Below the pieces are notes generated by a model, which saw only the letters and a program-made list of their open reading frames with translations, did not search any database and was not told the origin of the DNA. The position numbers and the translations under genes were made by a program. This document shows positions 1 to 13,527 of a stretch of 64,000 bases of DNA, piece after piece. Source of the DNA: Octopus vulgaris (taxonomy: Eukaryota); the NCBI GenBank assembly GCA_951406725.2, contig OX597823.1, positions 28,830,001 to 28,894,000 of the forward strand, in the 5' to 3' direction. The first letter of the stretch is position 1. Every line of letters starts with the position of its first letter.

Positions 1-604
1 TACAAACGGCGCGGTAGGAAAAAAAACACTCGCATCGAAAGCATATAGAAAATTTGTTTACATAAAAACAAAGGCGAACTATTACAGTTCTGAAATTTGA
101 CAGGAACAGGGAGGCTGGTTCGCTAGTGTAAAGGTAACACACTTAGTCGCGTTAACAAAGCGATGTGGATTCTACTCCCACGCAGATAGGAAAGCCTTCT
201 TTTTTTCTGTTGAGGGCTTATATATCCCTTTATTAGAATATTTCCCTTAGTCATTGCACAGTGATTGCTTTAAGCTTATATATAAATACCATTATTTGAA
301 CGACGCCGTATAAAACAAAAACCATTCGTACTGAATTTTTGCTAAAAATTTATTCAATGGCAATTTCAGATGAACAGACCCTATAAAATAGATTTTCAGA
401 CCTTTGGATTCGTCATTTAGGGACGTCAGAAGGGAAATGAATTATAATTTTGATGAAGTAACAACTATTGTAGCTATAGACTATCACCTAGCATTTCAAG
501 TCATTCCCGAACGGAACAAATGACGAACATAGCCGAAGAACTAGGTTGAAATCATTACGATTCCAAAGACATGTTAACACTGGGAATATATATGACAGTT
601 TAAT

Positions 605-818
605 GTGGTAAGTTAGCAAAATCGTTACCACATCGGACAAAGTGCTTAGAGCATTTCTTCCGGCTTTACGATCTGAGTTTAAATGTCGCCGAACTCGACC
701 TTTATTTTTCATCATTTCGGAGTCGATGAAATAAGCACAGCTGAGCACTAGGATCGATGTAATCGATTTACACCCTCCACTACACTTGCTGGCCTTGTGC
801 CAGAATTTGAAACCAATA
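605..818 (+). mobile_element. Old copy of tRNA-derived SINE family A
   Basis: Diverged match to the copies at 32770, 53651 and 60117 (gagttcaaat..gccga, tttcatc..ttcgg.gtcgat, ggccttgtgcca tail). Confidence 0.65.
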
Positions 819-1149
819 TACGCGAAAGTTTACGTAATATTCAGCTTACGATGAAAGTAGACAATGTTTGCTTTAGAAGCTTTGAGATGTATTGAAAGAT
901 CCAGCAGTAATTTATTCTCAGACGCATGATAATGCTCATAAAATAGCATGAACAGAATAAACAGAAAAAAATCTTTAGCGGTTAGCCGTGAAACTCGAAT
1001 TCATGTCCCTGTGATTACGCATCAAGTGCTTTACCTTTAAGCTAAGCTGTCCAGTAACGAATTGTTTTGCAATTATAGGAATTATAACTTTATAAGACGA
1101 TAACGTTAAATTCAATTTACATCTTTACACACACCAACATTGAACTGCT

Positions 1150-1680
1150 ATTTTCTGCAGGTTTGAAACTTGCAGAAGGAGTTGCCGATGAGAACGAAAA
1201 GATGTCAATAGATAACGTTAGCTAATTTAGGGTATCTGCAATTAAATCAAAAATGTACAAGTTTCCCGACATTCAACTTCCCTTTCACAATCATGAATAC
1301 CTCGGTTAGAAAAAAAATATTGATCCCAAGCCATAAGGCTGTCATCTGTTCAATGAATAAATCATTCAACATCTGTAGAGATCTGTAATGGTATAAATGG
1401 TTGTAGATGTCGTTTTATATCACCAATGTCCTGTAAGCCACTCCACTAAGTCCTCAATAATTGGCACTACATCACAGATTCATCAGAGATGCACATTGAA
1501 GAAATAATCCCAGTCATTCTTCTTAAAGAGTTAGATGCTTCACGATTGTGTAACGGAACAGAACTGGTTGTCAAGCAGGCCATTTGCTGTTTAATTGAAA
1601 TGGGATCGAAAAGTTGTGTTGCTGAAGAGCGCGTATGTTTCACAAGAATTAGACTCATTCTCGGTGACAGAACTCTCTGT
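1150..1680 (+). mobile_element. Decayed Helitron PIF1-helicase fragment
   Basis: IPVILLKELDASRLCNGTELVVKQ..LIE resembles the Helitron PIF1 motif PIILLRNL..P.LCNGTRL.VK. The upstream degenerate FPDIQ..FHNHEYL also fits. Stops and frameshifts present. Confidence 0.75.
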
Positions 1681-2383
1681 ACGAAATTCAAAATACTTAA
1701 TATAGTAGACTTGAATAATCTGTTTATTCATAGAACGCCATAGGCCTCGCTCCCAGACCAGGAATTGATTGTATCTTTTGTGATCTGCAATGGCTGAATT
1801 TACTTACTTTTAACCTAGAGTAACGATGACAACAGCGAGTTCGCGAGAACTGAAACGCAAGTGGCTTTACGATTTTCATAAAATTCAACTTTATGTCTAA
1901 TGTCAGACAAGGATTTGAAAATAGTCAAATAAATTTAAATATCGGAAACAGCATTCTAATTGAAACACTTTTGCAGACTGAATACATCATTTGCTTTACA
2001 TTTCTTACATGTCCACTCACATGTAGATACTCATGCTCGTACAGAAATGCACTCCATGTTATATATATATTCATGTATATATCTGTATTACATTTCTATA
2101 TTATATTTCATTGCATATTTCCATGATTATTTATATTCAATGTACACATTCTAAGATTTTTTGTGTGTAATTTCATGATTCTACGCCATTTTCATTATGT
2201 GTTCACATGCTTGGCGTCATATATTATGTTCATCTTTAACTTATTTCATAATCTTTCCCCTCCTCATATACATATACACTCGTCCACTCACATTAATAAA
2301 TACATATATACATACATGCATATATATATAGTCACACACACGCAGAAATACACACACACACACACATATACATATATATATAT

Positions 2384-2533
2384 ACGACGGCTTCTCTTAG
2401 TTTCCGTCAACAAAATCCAGTCACAAGACTTTAGTCTGCGCATGGTTAAAAAACGAAAAGACTTGCGCATACAGTGGAGGTGAACCCGGAACAATGTCTG
2501 AAGGAAACTTATTACCATACACCCAAACCTGCG
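2384..2533 (-). mobile_element. Partial SINE family B (5' part)
   Basis: Reverse match to the head of 18879-19319 (cgacggcttct..gtttccgtc..aaatcca.tcacaag..gaacccggaac). Confidence 0.65.
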
Positions 2534-3247
2534 ACTACTTAACATATATGTATGTATATATATGTGCACACATACACACATACACATATATATATATATA
2601 TGTGCATAATATATTCGTTAATTATAACCGAATACACATAAAACATTAAATCGATTACCAAACATACAGTTTTCCGAACTGAAACAAAAAGACACTACAA
2701 TCAGCAACGTTTGTAAGGAAGGAACTCTTCGTTAAAGATAAGAAATAGGAGCTTTAAGTACAGAACTCTTTAACGATGCGAGTCAAATATAAATATATAA
2801 TAAAAACGAGAAATAACGCCGTTATAAATAACAGGAAGCTACGATATTTAGTAACGAGTTCAATTATTTTAACAGTAAGAATAAACTATTTTTTGACAAC
2901 GAGAGAAGAGGACAGAACGGCGAAGATAGTTTATTGAGCTGGAAAATCTAAGATAACTACTTGTTTGTAATGATGAAAAGAAACGGAAAGATAATATAAA
3001 GAAGGAATATAACGCAAATAGCTATACTACAAAACATATGTATAATGTGTCTTTATAGGTTTTCCACTACAATCCGGTGTGCATAATTATCAGTATTGGT
3101 TGAATGTACTGGGTTTACTTGAGTGTATTCTTAAAATTCTATACACACATATACATATGCGCTTAGTGTCTCTCTCACACACACAAAGGCACACATATGC
3201 ATGTATGCTTGCACATAATATATAAGAGAGATAAAGAAAAACATATA

Positions 3248-3351
3248 GAGACAGATAGATAAATAGATAGGTAGATAGATATGTAAGTAGGTAGACAGAC
3301 AGACAGATAGAGAGATAGACAGATAGTTAGATAGACAAACAGAAAGGTAAG

Positions 3352-3412
<61 letters not shown>

Positions 3413-3504
3413 TGGTAGGTATGTAGGTAGGTAGATAGGTAGGTAGGTAGGTAGGTAGGTAGGTAGGTAGGTAGGTAGGTAGGTAGGTAGGTAGGTAGAC
3501 AGCC

Positions 3505-3567
<63 letters not shown>

Positions 3568-3568
3568 C

Positions 3569-3656
<88 letters not shown>
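3248..3656. repeat. Compound (GATA)n/(GGTA)n/(GACA)n microsatellite
   Basis: Direct reading. Confidence 0.97.
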
Positions 3657-5060
3657 TTTAAACATCTTGATTTCTATATAGGCCTCCTTTTTCCAGCAGA
3701 ATTTATTCTTTTGATATATGCTATAAACAGACTTATAATAGTCATTAGCCACCGCAGTGAGGTTACCTTTTATATTAAGACCAAAATGAGATTTACTTGA
3801 AGACATTTTGATCCGAAAGACAGATAATAATTCATAGCGCATTTTTCTATTCAATATAATTTTATCTTTATCAGCATCGGTAATATTATTCAAAGATCCA
3901 AGCCCCGTCAAGTGCATGTTTGCTATTCATTGATTCGGGGCCGAAATACCAGAGTGGATGTTATCAACTAGCCCTTAAAACTGTTGAATGTGTAACTAAA
4001 TCAGAAACTATTATTCATAAAGCTAGCAAAATTCAGGACATTAATAAACTTACGATGGGTTACAACATTTCATAGTGTCAATTTGTAAATATTTAGACAT
4101 CGATGTGTTAGAAAGTGGTTGAAGCCTGTTTATAGCAACCTGTACATTGTTCCAAAAGAGTGAGTGACAAAGGAGAAACCACTTTTAATCGTAGATAAGA
4201 TCTTGTCTAAAATATGTTTACTAATTATAACTATTAGGTATTTGGTAAGGGTTAATAATGTAATAGAACGGCCATTATAGACGTTTGACTATTAAATTTG
4301 AGAGCGAATTCTGCGTATTTAGAGTTAGTAGGCTCTCTTCTATGATTTATTTCCAAATTCGAAGTAATCAGACGATACGTTTATCTCTTAAGTATTTGGT
4401 TTTGTTTGAATGAATTTTCTGAGAATAACTAATTTCCTTCATTTTAGGTTAAGTTCACATAGGAAACGGCTGTTGTATTTTGTTAGTGTTTTATTTGTTA
4501 AGTGTTTCAAAAGATCATCTCCAAAACGTCGCAGTAATTGTCTATTGATCGACACTCGTTAGACCTCCAAACCATTTCAAATTTTACAAGAAAGGAATTA
4601 GTTATTTCCTTTCACTGTTATTTATAACAACTTTATAGCTTTATGATTTCAGGCATTAAACTCCCCCTTTCACGTTTGAATATCTCCAACTAAGACATAT
4701 TATTTTCTCATATAAAAGGTTACTTGTCTATCCTCCCCTTCTTGTCATTAATGTATATTCTTCGTGGTGTTTTTGTGCATTTCTGTTATCGATCTGTTGG
4801 TTTAATAATTCCCGTTACAATTCTGAATACAGACACGTACACACACAACTTGCTTATAAATATATTGCCAGGAATGTAACTGAACCCTTTTCTACATCGA
4901 AACTATAAAGATGTCTAATTGGCAGGTAAGCTCTAAATTATGAAGACGCCATTCATAATGAGGCCGAATTAATTATGCACGAGCTGCAAATAAATCGGAT
5001 TGTTCTGTCTCCAGCATGCAAAATCAATCGAACATTTTTGCCTGATTTCGTAAATTATCT

Positions 5061-5715
5061 TATTCTTTTACCTGTTTCAGTCATTTGACTGTGGCCATGC
5101 TGAGCACTGCCTTTAGTCGAGCAAATTGCCCCCAGGACTTACTATTTGTAAGACCAGTACTTATTGTATCGGTGGCTTTTGCCGAACTGCTAATATACAG
5201 AGACATAAAGACACCAGCATCGGTTGTCAAGCGATGTTGGTGGGACAAACACACACACACAGACATAAACATATACACACACATAAACATATACACACAC
5301 ATAATACATACGTATATATATATATTTTTTATTCTTTTATTTATTTCATTCATTTGACTGCGGCCATACCGGAGCACCGCTTTTAGTCGAAAGGAATCGA
5401 CCTCAGGACTTATTAATTGTAAGACTAGTACTTATTCTATCGGTCTCTTTGGCCGAACCGCTAAGTTACGGGAACGTAAACACACCATCATCGGTTGTCA
5501 AGCGATGCTGGGAGGACAAACACAGACATACAAACATATATATACATTTATACGACGGGTTTCTTTCGGTTTCCGTCGACCAAATCAACTCACAAGGCTT
5601 TGCCCGGTCCGAGGCTATCGTAAAAGACACTTTCCCAAGGTGCCACGAAGTGGGACTGAACCAGGAACTATGTGGTTCGTAAGCAAGCTACTTACGGCAC
5701 AGTCACTCCAGCGCT
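5061..5715 (-). mobile_element. Two adjacent SINE family B copies (3' partial ~5061-5330; near full-length ~5330-5715)
   Basis: The tail motif catttgactg.ggccat..gagcac.gc..tagtcga occurs twice. The head motif gggactgaacc.ggaac.atgtggtt is at ~5652-5690. Confidence 0.85.
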
Positions 5716-5956
5716 GCTAACAATAGCTGTCTCAGTTTTATTTGAACCTTAAGTTTTGAGAAAATTTTCAATTCAGTGAAAATGAAGCATAGAGCACATT
5801 AAACTATTTACATTCATACCACTGGTCCTTTTGATTTATTTCACTTCTAATAGTTTGATTTTAATTAAGCAAATAACGCCTAACAACATGGTACGAAGCA
5901 TTTTTCTGATGCAGCAATAGCCGGAATTGTCCACCAAACGTTATAGGACAGGACTA

Positions 5957-6173
5957 AGACGACGGGATGGCAGAACCGTTAGCACGATGGGCAAAATGAT
6001 TACAGACATTTCGGCCGTCTTTACGTTCTGAGTTCAAATTCCGCCCTGGGCGATTTTGCTTTTTATCCTTTCAGGGTCGATAAAGTAAGTACCAGTTGAG
6101 TACCTAATTATATATAATCGACTTAGTCCCTTCCCTGAAATTAGTGGCATTGTGCCAAAATTTGAAATCAATA
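5957..6173 (+). mobile_element. SINE family A
   Basis: tRNA-like head with B-box gagttcaaattcc; central tttatcctttcagggtcgataaagtaagtaccagtt. Confidence 0.8.
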
Positions 6174-6484
6174 AGGAGCTAAACTAAACTGACGAAGTGG
6201 ATACAGAAGGTGACTCATGACGCCGAGTCCTCATCTCGCCTGTTATTTCATATCACGTTGTCCCTTCTATGGCATGGTAATCCATTCAACAATTTATTCT
6301 TCTTCTTACAATAATCTCCAAACATTCATGAGTGGCGCTAGAAAAACTACCATTATACTTAGTTTTCTGTTTCTAAGGGAGGAAATGTCAATAAACCGAG
6401 AATTTGTTTTGTACAACATTCAGTACATCCACTAATTATCTCTCTCTCTCTCTCTTCGACTCTCTCTCATTATATATATATAAT

Positions 6485-6585
<101 letters not shown>

Positions 6586-6588
6586 GTA

Positions 6589-6635
<47 letters not shown>

Positions 6636-7098
6636 CAATTTCATTTTGGATGTAGGAAAGATATACAAATGCAGATGCTATTCATTAAATTGAATTCATA
6701 TTTAAAAGTGCTCCGATTTTTCCTCTGTTATAATGTTTCATTGTAGTTAATTATTTAACTTCGTTTTTTTTTTTCATAATATACAATAGGTTTTCAATGC
6801 AATTTTTATCGTTATAATACATAATACATAATGCTTTATGTTTTTTTTATAATTATTATACTTCGTATTTTCAGTTAATCTTTCTATTCAAGTTAATAAA
6901 AAACATATATATATTGAGGACTCCAGAATATTGTTAAAGATATTGCTTTTCTGATTGCATAAATTGTTTTCCACCAAATATATTATTTATATAATAGTAG
7001 AATCCCTAGAATTACATATTCCAGTCGATATATTTCATAACTTTATTTATTTACCAATCGATCAATACATCTTCCCTGTTTATACGTATATCTGTATT

Positions 7099-7164
<66 letters not shown>

Positions 7165-7432
7165 TAGTTGAATTCCTTCGAAATTAGAAATATGCAGCCT
7201 TCGAAACATATGTCGAGAATAAAGGAATTTTGTTAATTCGTCGTTCAGCTCCATTCTTTCATTTATATATATATATATATATATATATATGGGTAATAGG
7301 TATTTGGAAACTAGATTGATCTGAGGCGTATATTAAAAATGAGGTAGCTACGAAACTCTGTCGTGGGAGGGACAATCTAACTATTTAATAAGAGACAAAC
7401 GTGTTAAATTTAATTCAATACATATTTTATGA

Positions 7433-7479
7433 GTTATCAAATATTTCGTCGCACTGCTGCAACCTTCTCAGTTAAATAA
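7433..7479 (-). ncRNA. Degenerate minimal hammerhead-like motif (core CUGAGAA)
   Basis: Reverse complement: ttatttaa-CTGAGAA-g-GTTGC-agcagt-GCGAC-GAAA-tat-t-tgataac. Stem II is intact; core and stem I are imperfect. Confidence 0.4.
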
Positions 7480-7589
7480 TGTCATACATATATGCCTTCA
7501 CACTTTTTTTATTCATTAACCAACCTTCTAGAAGGATGGAACTGGTTTATATCAAAAAGAAAAACTCGTCATTGGCACACGGTTAAGTA

Positions 7590-7830
7590 TAATTGCAACA
7601 CATTGAATTTCAACAAATTCTTCGTTCTCTTACAGCCTAGTTCAGTAAAGATTTGGTCAGCCAGTTTCTTTCTTTGCATAAAAATCATAGGTTTTTCCAG
7701 ATCTGTGCTTAGACACTTCTTTACACAACCAAGAGCAGTAATTGTTCTTGGCGAAAATAGGAATGTATATTCAGGGTAGATGAGCTGTAAGTTTCGAAGT
7801 AGATATAAGAGAAATTTTCTACGTCCCTTA
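7590..7830 (-). mobile_element. 3' fragment of R4/Dong-like non-LTR retrotransposon (restriction-like endonuclease C-terminus)
   Basis: Minus frame LRNLQLIYPEYTFLFSPRTITALGCVKKCLSTDLEK resembles the REL end motif (LRNLQLLYPDYKF.FIPI.IGALG). Related to 33230-33685. Confidence 0.65.
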
Positions 7831-7981
7831 TTTTGGAAGAGTTGTTTGTTTGAGCGTGGGTGTGTATATGAAGGTGCGAAATTACGTTTGACCTTTTGTT
7901 CGATAACTGATGAAAGTTTTGTTGACCTTCTGTGTTTGTTTTCCGTTTGAATGTGCGTTTATTATATGTTTTTTTGTTTTG

Positions 7982-8318
7982 TGGAGGCACAATGGCCCAG
8001 TATTTAGGGCAGCGGACACGCGGTCATAGGATCGCCATTTCGATTCCCAGGTCGGGCGTTGTAGGCTCCGGCAGCGGGTGGTGGCGAACCCTGCTGTACT
8101 CTTCTATCACAACTCGTTCTTCCTGTTTCTGTTGTACCTGTAATTCACAAGGCCCAGCCTTGTCACACTCTGTGTCACGCCGAATCTCCCCCGAGAACTA
8201 AGTTATGGCTACACATGTCTGTGGAGTACTCAGCCACTTGCACGTTAATTTCATGAGCAAGTTGTTCTGTTGATCAGATCAACTGGAACCCTTCTCGTCA
8301 TAACCGACGGGGTGTCGT
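7982..8318 (+). mobile_element. SINE with family-C tail and family-D-like head
   Basis: Head tggaggcacaatggcccagt..agggcagcggacacgcggtc. Tail ccagccttgtcacactctgtgtcacg..gatcaactggaacc is shared with 32172 and 61128. Confidence 0.8.
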
Positions 8319-8395
8319 AATAATATGCTCTTTAACTCAGCATTTAAAGGAATGCCATATACCCTTATGTTTTTTTAGAGTAAGTGTTATATATA

Positions 8396-8559
8396 CCGTA
8401 TTTTAACGGGTATAAAGAAGCCCCTAATTTGGGGGTGCTTAAAATTTGGAAGAAAGTTTTGTAAAGGATTATAATATTATCCATGAATAAGAAACTCGCC
8501 TATTTTTAACCAAATTTTTGACAAGGAAAACAGATTTTCTTATACACGTTAAAATACAG
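8396..8559. mobile_element. MITE, Tc1/mariner superfamily (Tc2/pogo-like termini)
   Basis: TIRs CCGTATTTTAACGGGTATAA / TTATACACGTTAAAATACAG, with TA on both flanks. Confidence 0.8.
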
Positions 8560-8578
8560 TATATACATATACACACAG

Positions 8579-8648
<70 letters not shown>

Positions 8649-8869
8649 CTTTCACTAAAGTAACAGAGGGTGCTAGTTAGCACCCTCATTACTAGAAATA
8701 AGAGTCAAAACACCACTTAGCTCTCAGCTGGTTAAGTGATGTGTTGACTCTCATTTGTAGCAGTGCTGGTGCTCAGTAGCCTCCTCCATCACTATACTGA
8801 TGACTATATTTGTTGCCTTTCGGTTGGTTGTAAACTGCAAATACCTACCTTAATAATTTGTGTATGTAT

Positions 8870-9125
<256 letters not shown>

Positions 9126-9864
9126 TGCCTCCTTTATATATCTAATTCTCTGTCTTCATATTTGTTTATTTTTCGATTAATAATTACTGAATTTCCAGTA
9201 CTCCCAAAATTTCTCGTTTCCTGAATAAGGAATTTTGCAAACGTTAAGAATACAAATGATAAAAAAAACAAACAAAGAAAAATCATCTAAAACAACTCTC
9301 TTCATAACTCCAAACTTGAGACTGACATATTAATTTCAATAAAACATCTCGACATTTATATAACCTCTGCATAAAAATATTAGTATAAATTAGGAAATAA
9401 TTCATATGTACTCCATTTTGGAACCGAAGCAATAACTATTTTCAGAACGGACACAAAATAGACAGGACATATTGATAGTGTACAATTACGAGGAACGAAT
9501 AAATGAAATACTGGCTGCATTTGAATACCTGAATAAGTCCATTGTGTAAAACGAAAAGGACGCAACTAATAAAACGTAAAGCATTCAACACGTCAACATT
9601 GTTTAAAAATCGAGAGGATATTGAAAATAAATCACAAGTGCAGCGGCACAGCATAGTTTCTATATTTAGGTTTTGTGAAAACCTTAAAAGATCTCGGGAA
9701 TAAATGTTATGGGTATTAATTTGTTTTACAGTATTGTGTTGTTATCCAAAGGGAACCGAATGAAGAAAGCACAGGAAAATATACGGATCTTCGTCGTGTA
9801 AACTCCCGAAAGGAAATAACAAAATGAATGTTAGAAATGTATGTATGCATGTATATATACATGT

Positions 9865-9906
<42 letters not shown>

Positions 9907-9942
9907 ATTATATATATATATGTATGTGTATATGCTTCTTTG

Positions 9943-9984
<42 letters not shown>

Positions 9985-10244
9985 CACACACACACATATA
10001 TATATACGTACATATATACATACATATATACATACATACATACACACATACATACACACACACATATATATATGTACACATAAATATATACATACATATA
10101 TACATACACACACACATACACACATATATGCATGTATGCCCGTTTGTATATGTGCAGATATGTATATGGATATGTATGTGTGTGCGCGTGTATTTCGATC
10201 CAGCTTCTATAAAACGCTTTTCTGGGAATTTATCAAACTTTGTC

Positions 10245-10751
10245 ATCACCATCATTATCATGATTATCATTATCTTCACTGCCAGTATCAGACTCAGCTC
10301 ATCATAGCCTCCGCCATTTTATCCAGTAGTGTTGTTACCATCAACCATTACGCCGCCATTATTTTTTCATAAAAATTACCACTGCATCCATTATTATCTC
10401 GTTATCACTTTCCTCATCTTCAACATAAACATTCCTGCCGTCAGAATATCTATGTCTTCCGCCTCCTACTCCAAACCATCTTCATTATCATGGATGTCGA
10501 CGTCCTCATCACCCACATCTTCTTTCTCCGACTTATTAAGATCATCGCTATTGTTATCATCTTCGTCTTCATTGTCGACAACTTCCGCTTCGTCCGTCGT
10601 CGACGTCATCATCAACATCACCATCACCATCACCATCATCCTCTTCTACAACATTGTCATCATCGTAATCCATACCATTGTCGTATTATAGTTGCATCAT
10701 CTTCGACGTCGTCGTCTCCGTCGTCCTCGTCCTCATTATCATCATCACCAT

Positions 10752-10783
<32 letters not shown>

Positions 10784-10790
10784 TTGTCAT
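10245..10790. repeat. Degenerate (CAT/CAC/CGT/CAA)n low-complexity tract
   Basis: Eroded trinucleotide periodicity; yields spurious His/Ser/Ile-rich ORFs. Confidence 0.8.
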
Positions 10791-11167
10791 AAAGAAAAAA
10801 AAATCATCTTATTGCAGGAAGACAAATCTGCAGTCATAATTTCATATGAATTCTCTTTCATTTAGTGATGGAAGAAAGAATATAAACAAAATTTGCAAAG
10901 TTTATACCTTTCCACAAGTATACAAGAACACAAAAATTACTTTTTCTTAGTGTTCATTGCTTAATTTTAATTTCTTCACAGTAAACTAGAAAAAAAAGTT
11001 CCCCCTGGAGTGGTCTCTAGTCTACACAAATACAAACTTCCCTGTGAAAGTCTGACAGAAAGTCTGACAGATAGCCAAGTACACAATAGCTCTTTTGTCT
11101 ATATAGCGGTCAATAACACAGTAATTTCCCTTTGTATACGGTCATTTTTCATAGCACTTTTCCGATG

Positions 11168-11237
11168 GCCGGATAACTGAAGACATGGTGGCGTGGATTT
11201 CCACCTCAGCATCCGAAACTCAGAGTTTTATCTTGGC
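11168..11237 (+). ncRNA. Type I hammerhead ribozyme motif (stem II eroded), probably in a Penelope-like pLTR remnant (~10990-11255)
   Basis: gccggataa-CTGAAGA-[stem II with gtgga/tccac]-GAAA-ctc-a-gag-T-T-ttatcttggc. Stem I ggataa/ttatct plus gcc/ggc; near-palindromic stem III ACTC/GAGT; GUU cleavage triplet. Confidence 0.6.
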
Positions 11238-11334
11238 TACCGAGTAATTGTCACATATTACATTTACAGATATATATAGTATATATATATACATATATAT
11301 ATATACACATATATATACACATACACACACACAC

Positions 11335-11393
<59 letters not shown>

Positions 11394-12135
11394 CACACAC
11401 ATTTGCATACACATATGTGTATGCGTGTGCCTATATACAGACACATTTTATATTCCTATGCGATAGCCTGATGTCTACCTTTGGGGGACAACATACATGA
11501 TCGTCACGACAAATGTATATGTATATGTTTACATGTGTTTCCTTGTATCCTAGTTTGTACGTGCGCTTTACACGAATACATAAGTGTGTGTGTGAAGAAG
11601 AACGCTTTTTATTCATATCACGCAAAAAAAATCCGTTCATATTTTATTTTATGTTTGATGAATAAATAAAAATAAACTATAACCATAATGATATCTTTAT
11701 ATCTATGTGTTATCATGTCCGAAAGAACTTAACATCGTTTTAGAATTTAATATTCAGAGCAACGCATTGTATGAGAATTTTCGGAATTAAATTTAATATA
11801 TTATGATTTTAGAAAAACAATAACGTTTTTCATATATATTTACATTGTATCTCATTTATTCTTTAACTCACACATTTATCAAACATTACTTTAATGCAAC
11901 GCATGGCCGCACCAACATTTCGATTTTCATAATTTTCTCTATTATAAATGTTTTTAAATAAGATTTCCTGTAATATTACGCATATACACGTATACACTTA
12001 TATATGATTGCGCGTGTGTATGTGTCTCTCTCTCTATCTCTATTTCTGTATATCTATCTATCTATATGTATATGTATATGTATATATATATATATATGTA
12101 CGTAAACACATGCATACATACATTCATACAATTAT

Positions 12136-12192
<57 letters not shown>

Positions 12193-13009
12193 CGTGTGTG
12201 TGTGTGTGTGTATATTAATAATTATTAACAATAATATGACAACAAAAGAACGAATGAGACCTCCATATGATGTAAAATAGAGGAATTTATATATAAATAT
12301 AATATGTGACAATTCGTTGGTTGCCGTAAAAAAAACTCAGTGTTTCGGGTACACGCATACACACATACACATATGCGGATATACAAAACGTAGTTTAGAC
12401 GCGCATGCATATGCATACGCGGAAAAGGTTACATACAAATAAAAACGCATGCCCCCCCCCCCCAAAAAAAAATGATAAACCGTAAAGCATTCACCATCAC
12501 TGCAAAACTTGAATATACAATGAATTATGTATATGCACAAATACACCCTCCTGTCTGTCAAACACATCTACACCTGCAGACATATAAACGTATATACATA
12601 CATATATGTGTATACGAAGGAAGGAGACATGTACAACAGGTAGAGTTTTGCACTCGTATATATGCAATCATTTGTACACAATTTGTACTACACTAGTATA
12701 AGTTACACAATTATAAAGGGTGAAAGATAATATGCAGAAAAGGCAAATAAATAAAATATATATAAATATATAAGAGATGTTAAGACATGTGAAATGCTTA
12801 TACGTGGACATAATATTCTGAACATAGGAACAACGTGAAGTGAACCAGTACACAACGTGTCGTCATGGTAACAAGCTGCTAATGCCACGCTGTCTGTTGA
12901 TTGGCTAAAATTACCCAAATTCCCCAACTTTAATTCCAAATAACATCAGATTCTTTAATTTATGAGATAAAGTAATTGGTTGATCATAACCAAAATTCAG
13001 AGTTGCATC

Positions 13010-13445
13010 GATATGCCAAAATTCAAAGCAATCTGAGCGAAATTTGTCAACATCGCCATTATTCGCTCTCTTTGGTTATTTGCTACTGTGAGGTTTTTCT
13101 TGCCATTAATCAGTCAGAATATCTAAGGCAGCAGTTTTAACACGGATTTTCATGCGCTTAGCTTTTTCTGCGCTTGTTTCTAATATGTTTAATTCCGAAA
13201 TTTGTTGTATTTGGTATTCACTTAGATATTCCTTTGCCTGTTTTGTTACTGAGTATGATGCTTTCTTGTTTTCATGCTTTGAGACAAGTTTTGCCATCCA
13301 GCCCTCAGAGTTTTTCAGGTAGGTGTCTAGGCCAATTGTAGCAATCATCATTGTTAATACCACTTGTAAAAGTCCACGGCCTCCCTCTTTTCTTGGTAGA
13401 TAAAGTCTTTCTATATCTGTTAGGGTGGTGCATTCTGCGATGTAA
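13010..13445 (-). mobile_element. R4/Dong-like LINE fragment (post-RT region)
   Basis: DIERLYLPRKEGGRGLLQV is a hallmark of REL-type non-LTR RT C-termini; no flanking RT core. Confidence 0.8.
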
Positions 13446-13527
13446 GATTTTAGTTTCAAAATTTTACTCCTTAAATACCTCTTAACAGCCCTACATATTT
13501 CAGTGATAATTTAGTAAGGGATATATA

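Noticed and set aside
975-1056. tRNA-like sequence on the minus strand (similar feature at ~110-200 on the plus strand)
   Set aside because: Stems are broken; at best decayed tRNA-derived SINE heads, not tRNA genes.
3327-3917. 196-aa minus-strand ORF with a non-repetitive N-terminus
   Set aside because: More than half is microsatellite; I see no recognisable motif or splice pattern in the rest.
10329-10792. His/Ser/Thr-rich ORFs
   Set aside because: Degenerate trinucleotide low-complexity tract, open in several frames.
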